NCBI GenBank assembly: GCA_946965045.2
Contig: OX337238.1
Span: 2,666,001-2,730,000, forward strand
Length of the DNA: 64,000 nucleotides
Direction: 5' to 3'
Origin: Epithemia pelagica
Lineage: Eukaryota > Protista > Bacillariophyta
Of the stretch, positions 56,436 through 64,000 are shown in pieces. The number at the start of each line of letters is the position of its first letter. Positions within the stretch are counted from its first letter, which is position 1. Below the pieces are notes generated by a model. The model was given only the letters and a program-made list of their open reading frames with translations. It was not told where the DNA came from and searched no databases. A program made the translations under genes and the position numbers.

Positions 56436-57641
56436 TCAATTCTCGTTGGTGATATCATTGCATGAATTTGTCTTTGCACGTCCAGGAGCTAATGCCACGG
56501 TGTCGGGTAGTTCTTGGAACCCGCGGGGATACCATCCGTTTGGCTCCTGATGGCAGAGCCGACGAAAGCACCACGTGTTCTTGTCCATCAAGGGTAGTGT
56601 GGCACAAGTCTTGCACCAGAATGCAGTCATCACGGCGATTCCATTCCAGAAAGTCACAGTACTGCTGTCAACATTAAATAGGGCTGGCATTTTCGGGAGC
56701 GTCCACACAATATTCCGGTTGATATCCAAAACCTCTGCATCCCCGGTTCCAGCACATCCACCCACAGCAACCAAGCATGATCCCAGAGATACAACACGAG
56801 TTTGCCTTGGTGCGGAAAGCTTCATGTCCGCGAGAGTTGTCCAAGCGCAAGATGGGGGGAAGACTTCTGCTGCCGTCTCCGTTGTTTCAATCGCAGATGA
56901 CTGCTGGAACTCCAAGTACTCCACTGATGTCAGATATTGATCATCATTCCTGTTGCAACCTCCAACAACATAGATGCGATGACCAATGACAGCACTTCCA
57001 AACTCTTCCCGAGGTATTGTCATGGACGGTCCCACAATGACAGCGTGGTTGCTTTGGACTTTTGTATCGATAATATCAACTGACGACAAACAATTTCCAT
57101 CGCCGGTTCCTCCGATGACGACAATGTATCGATTATACACGGCAACAGCCGAACATGCAGTTTTGGGGGTAGATAATCGACAATTCAAAGTTGTCCAATG
57201 GTTCCCAGTAGTGCTCGTTGAGTACGTTTGCAACAGTTCTTCAATATCAATCCGCTCAATAGTGTCCAAGCGTGAATTTCCAATGGAACCTCCAATCACG
57301 TAAACTCCTCCGTTACAAACCACCGCAGCATGTAAGCCTCTCTTGTCGCTCAATGGCGGTCCTTCCCGCCACTGTTTGTTTTCATCTGACAAACTCAACA
57401 ACAACACTGAGTCGGTGAACAGAATACGATGGTTGGCTCCTCCCAAAACTACAACCGTCTGTGCACTGTCATCCTGTTCTTGATGGTCTAGCACCACCGA
57501 TGCATGACTGTAACGCCACCCACCCAAAATGGGAGGCCAGACGTTGAAGTTCCATTGTGGTACATCACTGTTATTGTCCATGTCATCGGAAAAGACAAGC
57601 CCCGACTGCCATGCTTGTTCTTGCAGTGTCATGAGTGTCAT
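56436..57641 (-). CDS. Stand-alone six-blade Kelch protein (K8), 401 aa
   Basis: Starts MTLMTLQEQAWQSG. It is the same subtype as K6 and shares its upstream block. Confidence 0.9.
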   Translation of the reverse strand: MTLMTLQEQAWQSGLVFSDDMDNNSDVPQWNFNVWPPILGGWRYSHASVVLDHQEQDDSAQTVVVLGGANHRILFTDSVLLLSLSDENKQWREGPPLSDKRGLHAAVVCNGGVYVIGGSIGNSRLDTIERIDIEELLQTYSTSTTGNHWTTLNCRLSTPKTACSAVAVYNRYIVVIGGTGDGNCLSSVDIIDTKVQSNHAVIVGPSMTIPREEFGSAVIGHRIYVVGGCNRNDDQYLTSVEYLEFQQSSAIETTETAAEVFPPSCAWTTLADMKLSAPRQTRVVSLGSCLVAVGGCAGTGDAEVLDINRNIVWTLPKMPALFNVDSSTVTFWNGIAVMTAFWCKTCATLPLMDKNTWCFRRLCHQEPNGWYPRGFQELPDTVALAPGRAKTNSCNDITNEN

Positions 57642-58079
57642 GGGGTTGATTTTATGGCGTGGAGAACAGAGGGCGATAGGATTGATTCTTCTCCTGAAAA
57701 CCCGAAAAGACAGCCGAAAATTTTAGTGGCTGTGGATGGCTAGTCGGTTGGATGGATGGTGGGAAGGTGGGTCTGTAGGCTGGCTGATTGTTTGGATGGG
57801 ACACACAGGCCGGTCGGCGCGTTCGCGCGCTTTTTCAGGAACGAACGGAGGACAATGGAGATTGAGGTGCAAGACGAGACAATGGCCACTGAATTCTATG
57901 ATGGTGGCGTCACTTGATGTTGGTTAGTGCTGGTGTTGTCCCTGTTCCATTCTCATACCTCTCAGTCTCGTCGTTGGTGTCAGTGCGTCCTTTTGGTTAT
58001 TGGATTCCAACCACGCCATGAACAAGAAGAATCTTTTCCATGGCACAACGTGGTGTTCTCCTCGACCGTCCATATGCCA

Positions 58080-58300
58080 GACGTGCCATGTCGTGGACCT
58101 TGAAGACAATATTGTCGGAAGTAGCTTCCACAAAAGTCTCCTGTAAAGAATCCTCCAACATACAAGAATCGATGTGTCACGAACCCACGACGATCCTACC
58201 GAGCTAAGCGGAGGCTTCCTGTCAGGATCAGTGACCCCATTCAGATCAAGAAGCGACTTTACGTGTTGAACTTTTCGGCCCATTGAATGAACTCTGGTGT
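58080..58300 (-). pseudogene. Relic of the helical tail of the Kelch-fusion genes
   Basis: MGRKVQHVKSLLDLNGVTD.DRKPP, then frameshifted SDNIVFKVHDMA, match MGRKVQHLKSLLELNGVTDNERKPP..SDDIVFKVHDLA of K1/K3. Confidence 0.8.
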
Positions 58301-58816
58301 TTTGAATTCTAGGTAGTTGCAAGACTGGTCAATCGTGGCGTTGGTGGCGTCCTGTCCAAGACGATTTACCAGGACGACTCAAATTGTCGGAACATTCTCC
58401 ACAGTCGCTGGCATGTTCCTGCCGTGTGTGGTCGGGTTCGTTTGCTTTCTCGTCCCCCGCCATGGCCGAAGGAAGGTTGCAGTGAGTGGACCAGGGAATG
58501 GCGTCTTTGTCCATGAATTGCCGGGTTCTCTACCCGAAGGTTGTGGCTCTGTCGAACCCAGGAGGAAGAAGAGGTTGCTGTGTCAAGACTTGGTGTAGTT
58601 CTGTTATACCAACCATGTGCAGACCAGTCTTTTCGCCCACTGGCTTGTTGCTTGCAGTTGCAACAACAACAACATTGGAATTACACGCATGCCTAGTACT
58701 ACAATGAGTTGAGAAGCGTGTGGAAAGGATTTTATCTGAAAATGAACTGGTCACGCCGAAAGCACTAAGATTGATGAATTGACCGGCCGTACAACTGTGG
58801 AAAGGATGACCATTTC

Positions 58817-61492
58817 TTATCGATTGGTGTGGTGATTTTTGCGATGCGATGAGGGGGACGAGTTCAAAAAGGGAAACCGTTGCAAGAAAAAGCCAAGCGC
58901 AGCTTCCGGCCATCCACCACCACCACTCGTTTCGCCTCCACGAGGAGAGGACGGTGCAGCATGTGTGTAGAGACTTGGTTGGTTTGGGACAACGCTGTCC
59001 TCCTCCATGACTCGATCACGATGCCAGTGCGTACGCCAATGCTTGTTGTGTTTGCTCAGTTGCAAAAACTTGCAAATGCAATTGCATTCGTGCGTATTGT
59101 TGAAGAGCTGCATGCCCTCCTTTCCCTTGTCAGTACGACCGTACACCATTTCGCGACCCCGACTCGAGGCATAGTGAATCGCTGGATCGCTCAGTTCAAA
59201 GGTGGGCGGGACGGTATCTGTATTATACACACCCTGCAAATCGCAGACCATGACCTTCTTGCTCGTATACATGTACGTGAAGTGCGTAAAGGCTTGGAGA
59301 TAGTCCGAGGGAGAAAGTGATGCCAGAGTACTTTTGTGGTTGGTGGGGCCGCTTCCCAAGGAGGATGCTGGGCGGTGCACTGACGCGGGTGGATCTCTTG
59401 AATGCGACAATGACCCATAGTTGTGATGCTGGTGATCCGTATCGTCGTCTGACGCGGGTGGATCTCTTGAATGCGACAGTGACCCATAGTTGCGATGCTG
59501 GTGATCCCCATCTTCGTCGTCCTCCTCGTCATCTTCTTCATCCTCGGAATCGCCTTCTTCTTCGATAATGGCGCCCATGCTTCCTTGGTTGGCGGTAAAT
59601 CCATTGCCTTGATTCAAGGACAGCGCTCCAAGAGAAACCTGAGGACGGTTGTGGTAATTTGATTGACCCGACATCATCACTGGGAGATGTTGGGGATTCG
59701 TCCTCATGCTGTGTTGCTGCTGTTGCCTTGTAGTACGTAGTTTCGCCCATTCCAGGTCCACATCAATCGGTGCGACACTCCCATTTACTCCGCCCGCATT
59801 GTCGTTCCACTTGCACCACGGGAATTTGTCCGTTTCCAATTTCTTTTCTACCAACAATCCACGTTCTCCCTTGGGCCATTCAGGATCGTGCACCACCAAC
59901 ACGGAACATGGCAAAAAAGAAATCTTGGGTGTCTTATCCTTGTCATATCCTGGGAGTCCTTGAAGTCGCTTGTTGAACTCATTGGCCAAGTATTGAGCTA
60001 GATCCTGAGTCTCACAAAATGCCTTGTGGAAGGCCACGTTTTCTTCCACCCTCTCTACCAACTTGGTTTCCTTGGCGACCATGGCATCAAAGGCAAAGTA
60101 TTGTGTCACATCCTGTGGTGGTGAAGAAGGTACGAGAGGTGATCGGTCGGCCGATGGATCTTGTTCGGACAAATGACAACGAAAGGCAACCCGCTCTGCT
60201 CCCACACCGCAATGACCCGTCCTCATGGCCAAGAATCTGGGTGGATTTCGCTCTCGTCGCTTGGCCTCGGGACGATTGTGACTTCGTAGTGCGCCATGGG
60301 GTATTCCTCGACAGGTGACAAAGTGGCGTCGACGAGGGTCCAGTACATAGTGCTCTCGGATGCGATAAAAGGTCCATTCTTGGGAAGAGAGTCCCGGTCG
60401 TCCTTTGGCTGTCTCGAGTTCGGAAGTCAGGTTTCGAACCGTCTTGCGGGCTCGATGATGATGATCTTCCATCAAGGACGTTCGGGTGAGGGTAGAACTA
60501 GCAATCAAACTGGATGCTGCGGTCCTCATTTGATTGGCCATTTTGTCGCAAAACAAAAACTCGGCCTTGGCTTCACCGGGTGCCGCATTGATGGCTTGGG
60601 CCATGTCACGCAAGGTGGTAAAGTCCGAAACGCCACTGCCAAAGCCTACGAGCTGGACATTGAGTTGTTTGCCAAATTCCGTGGCAATCTCATGGACACG
60701 AGACAAGAGCTTGCGCCTTAGGGCATGGGGAGTAATGCCGAGCTTTCGGGCATCGGTTGGGGCTCCGTCGGACAAAAAGTACATGTTGAGAGCGCATGTC
60801 TCGTGGTTGCCTTCTGCCAAGAGCTGTTTGGCCTTTTCCAGGGCTGGAGGGTAGTTGCTGTTGCTGTACAACATATCGTTGGTTTGGTCCGCCTGGCGTT
60901 TCTCAAATGTTCGCGTATCACGACGCGTGAGAATCTTGTTGTAGAGTACCCAGCTCAGAGGTTCTCGACGAAACACCACTCGCGATGTCTTGCTGAATTC
61001 AACCAGGGAGAACAAGTCCCGGTTGTTGGCGGTCCCATTAAAGATTTGCTCCGCTACAAACTCCAAGGCAGTCATGGTGTATGCGGCTGTCTGTCGACAG
61101 CGATAGAGGTCAATATCATGGGTCGTCATAGATCCACTGTTGTCCACCACCAGGACGGTGTGCGTGCTGCATAGCTCAGGCTTGTGATCAACCACTTGTT
61201 TGGTCTTGTTGTGCTGATCTTGCTGTTCCGTGGTAATGGGCGCTTCAGCGAGCGGCGACGGGTAAGAGGTGATTTCCTTGCGCATGGACTCGTCCGTGAC
61301 AAAGATAATCCCATCGTACTCAACCGTCCAACGCTCTTTCCATCGAGAACGTCGCCGTGTACCATATTTGACGGCCTTTTGCAGGTCGCGCATGGTAATG
61401 TCACGTTGTTCACGGCGCATTCGGCCATGTTCCGAGGAAAGAATTGTTATCAAGCTTGTTTGCTTGTTACCTGCGGGGAACACCATTGTCAC
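58817..61492 (-). CDS. vWA-domain alpha-kinase (eEF2K/MHCK-like) with a small N-terminal domain, 891 aa
   Basis: vWA MIDAS VVDNSGSM. Alpha-kinase motifs: GAERVAF, VAKET, LLVEKKL, KWNDNAG, QAFTHFTY..VCDLQG..SDPAIH, G.TDKG..G and HECNCIC. A 69-bp tandem repeat lies in an acidic insert (59382-59515). Confidence 0.9.
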   Translation of the reverse strand: MTMVFPAGNKQTSLITILSSEHGRMRREQRDITMRDLQKAVKYGTRRRSRWKERWTVEYDGIIFVTDESMRKEITSYPSPLAEAPITTEQQDQHNKTKQVVDHKPELCSTHTVLVVDNSGSMTTHDIDLYRCRQTAAYTMTALEFVAEQIFNGTANNRDLFSLVEFSKTSRVVFRREPLSWVLYNKILTRRDTRTFEKRQADQTNDMLYSNSNYPPALEKAKQLLAEGNHETCALNMYFLSDGAPTDARKLGITPHALRRKLLSRVHEIATEFGKQLNVQLVGFGSGVSDFTTLRDMAQAINAAPGEAKAEFLFCDKMANQMRTAASSLIASSTLTRTSLMEDHHHRARKTVRNLTSELETAKGRPGLSSQEWTFYRIREHYVLDPRRRHFVTCRGIPHGALRSHNRPEAKRRERNPPRFLAMRTGHCGVGAERVAFRCHLSEQDPSADRSPLVPSSPPQDVTQYFAFDAMVAKETKLVERVEENVAFHKAFCETQDLAQYLANEFNKRLQGLPGYDKDKTPKISFLPCSVLVVHDPEWPKGERGLLVEKKLETDKFPWCKWNDNAGGVNGSVAPIDVDLEWAKLRTTRQQQQHSMRTNPQHLPVMMSGQSNYHNRPQVSLGALSLNQGNGFTANQGSMGAIIEEEGDSEDEEDDEEDDEDGDHQHRNYGSLSHSRDPPASDDDTDHQHHNYGSLSHSRDPPASVHRPASSLGSGPTNHKSTLASLSPSDYLQAFTHFTYMYTSKKVMVCDLQGVYNTDTVPPTFELSDPAIHYASSRGREMVYGRTDKGKEGMQLFNNTHECNCICKFLQLSKHNKHWRTHWHRDRVMEEDSVVPNQPSLYTHAAPSSPRGGETSGGGGWPEAALGFFLQRFPFLNSSPSSHRKNHHTNR

Positions 61493-63495
61493 AGATCAAG
61501 AATGTGTGGTCAAGGTCGATGGGTGGATTGAAGTATATCTATCCAGGTTCTTTTTTGCCAAATCATGGATGGACAAGGTTTGCCGTTATTCTGAACAAGG
61601 GCACCAATCAGATTTCCCCTCAAAATTTCAAGTCGTACGACTCGAGAGTCAAACTAAGTCTTGGTAGAGTCAACGCCGGACTTGACACTTGATATGGAGC
61701 TAGCTAGGCTCCATTGATTGAAATAGAAGACTTCAAAGAGGGGTTTGTCACGAAATAGCCACCCATAAACTCATCGATTCGTGTCGGAGTATGAGTTGTA
61801 GAGAATCATCTCACAAAAATAACAAAGGCCACTTGCTGCTCTAGACTATGTCTATTTGCTATCTGTGTTACTCTCATCTCTTAACCCTAGCTCCATTCCG
61901 TTCCTCTGCCTTATGTTCTCGTCTCGCTCTCGGGAGTGTGTCGGGTCGCTTGAAGATTCCCGCCATGGGCATGCGACCCCCCAAGATTCACCAAAGACAG
62001 CGAACAGCATTGCCGCAAAACGGAAACGGTTTTCACGCGTGCGTACCAAAAACAGCTTGGAAGACAGAAAAGCATCTGGATCCATGTCACTGTCGCAGGA
62101 GTGGCAGACTCGGAAACAGGACATACGCCAATCCCTGGCGTCTGCAGCTTCTCGAAACAAGGCGGGCGAGACACACACCCAAACTCTCCACGCCCAACAT
62201 GATTGCAAAAACTGCACAAATGTCCATCGACCTTCCATCGACGACAACGACAAACGACACACGCAACTCAAAAGAAAGAAAACAGAAGCGCCACTAGCCA
62301 CGAACCAAACAAGACAAAGGCATTCAAGACAGAGGTCTTTATGCTTTTGATCACTACGGCGTTGCCTACCTAGTTGACAGGGGCTGCAGATGCGAAGGAG
62401 GATCGACGAAACCTTTCGGACTTGCCGCCATCGCGATGGTTGGTGGTGTGGCCCATCGACTTGCCATCAATCATCCATGGTCTTGTTTCTGTAAGGTGCT
62501 TGCTGATTGTCATTCCTTTTCTTCCACGATTCGATGATTGTCGTTGCTGCAAATAGAAACGTTTGTCTGGGACTCGTTTGGCTTGGAGCGACGATAGGCA
62601 CCTTTTCTTTATTGATGGATGGATTGGAACTTGATATGACCGTAGAATTCGTGTCGTAAGACTTGTCTAGTGCTTTGTATTCTGTTGCTGCACTTGTTGT
62701 AGTTGTGTCTATGGTGGAGAGCGTTGGTGGCATGTGGATCAACGGGGCAATGGGTTTGTCCGGCCCGAATCCTGGAACCTGGAACAGCCATGATGATGGT
62801 CGGATTGTCACATACTATCTATTCTCATTGTCATCGACGACACGTTTGGTGCAAACAGACATCCATGTGTACGTGTTGGTTTGCTCATCTACAGATAGTG
62901 GTTTCACCTTCTTGTTGATGACATCCGACAATTTCTACCAATGGAAAGAATCAATCGCGGTGACTCTGCTTCCCTCATCTGCTCTATCGTTTTTGAGATG
63001 TCTGCTCGGAGGAAACAACCTCAAGCATATCTAAACATGCGTTATACAGCGCTCTTTGTTTGACTGCAAAGTTACTGCAGCAACGAGGAGAACCTCGTTC
63101 GTTTGTGTGTGTGATCTACAACTTTTTCATGTCGCAGTCGTGCTTCAACGCTGACCCAAAAATGGGCGAGGATTCGTATTTCGTGCTCTAGTAGTCATCC
63201 TTTTTATGGTTTTGTTAGTGATGTTTGTCGTCTGGAACAAACGCTCTATAGGGTTCCTCGTTGTTGTAGTTGTTCTTCTTGTTGTCGGGCTTGTGGTGGT
63301 TCGGCACAAGAATCTATATCTATCGCACAATACAATATAGACTCTGGAATAGTAGTAGCACATGGAATCTCTCTGGTTCTTCTTCTTCTTCTTCTTCGTT
63401 GGGTGCAAGTTCGAACAAAGAGTAGGAACAACCAGAGACTATACAGTTGACACTGGCTGTCAACAAACGCTCTCGTAGAGCTGTAGTTGTTCTTC

Positions 63496-64000
63496 TTAGC
63501 GTGGTTCCCCCGAGACTTTTTCGTCTCCTCCTCCTCCTTCTTCTTCCTTGGGCGGTGGGGCACACGATTCAAAAAAGAGTCGATTGTCCACCTCCACGAC
63601 ATTTCGTATGCGGCCACCCGTGGACCAATAACCCTTGCCTCCCCCCAACATGTAGGTCTTCTTTTCCTTGAGTCGCGCCAATCGGGCCTTGACATCCATG
63701 GGAATTCGTTGACAGGACACCATGAAATGATTCTTGGCCATGTTGACGGCGGCTTGGTAGAGTCCCGAAAGCTTGGAGGGATAATAGACGGCACCGGGGG
63801 GTCTCCGGTTGGGTGGAGTAATACTGGCACAATGGCGACACCGGAGTCCCACTTGATTGCGGACAATGGGTCGATTGCGGCCTTGCATGTTGGATTGAAA
63901 GTCGGCTTCCCCGGCGGCAAACAAATCAATTTGTGCTCGTACCAGGCAGTGGTATTCGGACAAGTGTTCTTCGTCCGAGGGAATGGCCAACGGGATCCCT
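63496..64000 (-). CDS. 3' end of a gene encoding the diatom-typical LSxYxCxxRxQI..GRN..VGxRCxHC..YQAAxNM..H..C..GGGKxYW domain (5'-partial)
   Basis: The motif is recognised from diatom hypothetical proteins; the frame runs off the window edge. Confidence 0.7.
   Translation of the reverse strand, partial: GIPLAIPSDEEHLSEYHCLVRAQIDLFAAGEADFQSNMQGRNRPIVRNQVGLRCRHCASITPPNRRPPGAVYYPSKLSGLYQAAVNMAKNHFMVSCQRIPMDVKARLARLKEKKTYMLGGGKGYWSTGGRIRNVVEVDNRLFFESCAPPPKEEEGGGGDEKVSGEPR

Noticed and set aside
4506-57641. Diversity-generating retroelement driving Kelch variation
   Set aside because: The only RTs here are copia-type, the differences are not restricted to adenines, and no invariant template repeat was seen.
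61848-63034. Several 100-165-aa ORFs between the alpha-kinase and the last gene
   Set aside because: They overlap on both strands, have no motifs and have in-frame stops upstream, so they cannot be supported as genes.
1-64000. CRISPR array, rRNA or tRNA genes
   Set aside because: No regularly spaced repeat-spacer array or recognisable structural RNA gene was seen. The only tRNA-related signal is the 11-nt PBS complement.

Overview
Eukaryotic, almost certainly diatom, genomic DNA: it has short GT-AG introns, diatom-type (CoDi-like) Ty1/copia elements and a diatom-typical Cys/His domain at the right edge. Positions 1-58 kb form a duplication hub built around eight BTB-less, F-box-less six-bladed Kelch genes. 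Two of these splice onto a ~590-aa helical tail, one is a pseudogene, and the set is mosaic and hypervariable in the propeller top-face loops. They are interleaved with two single-motif PLD/Nuc-family nuclease genes, four broken alpha-arrestin copies and reshuffled flanking blocks. A 14.7-kb copia element (5838-20494, TSD GACAA) carries a second, intact copia (10636-19019, TSD ACTCC) inside its RT. Neither has a canonical TGG primer-binding site: the outer PBS is complementary to its own LTR (candidate self-priming), and the inner PBS is complementary to a tRNA-Asn anticodon arm. Each also has an extra ORF upstream of gag. A five-exon adhE carries a nonsense codon, a lost iron ligand and a 1.7-kb intron holding a regular ~206-nt rod-like hairpin. 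The right end has a vWA/alpha-kinase with a toxin-like N-terminal domain. All family assignments come from motif reading by eye; no database search was run.
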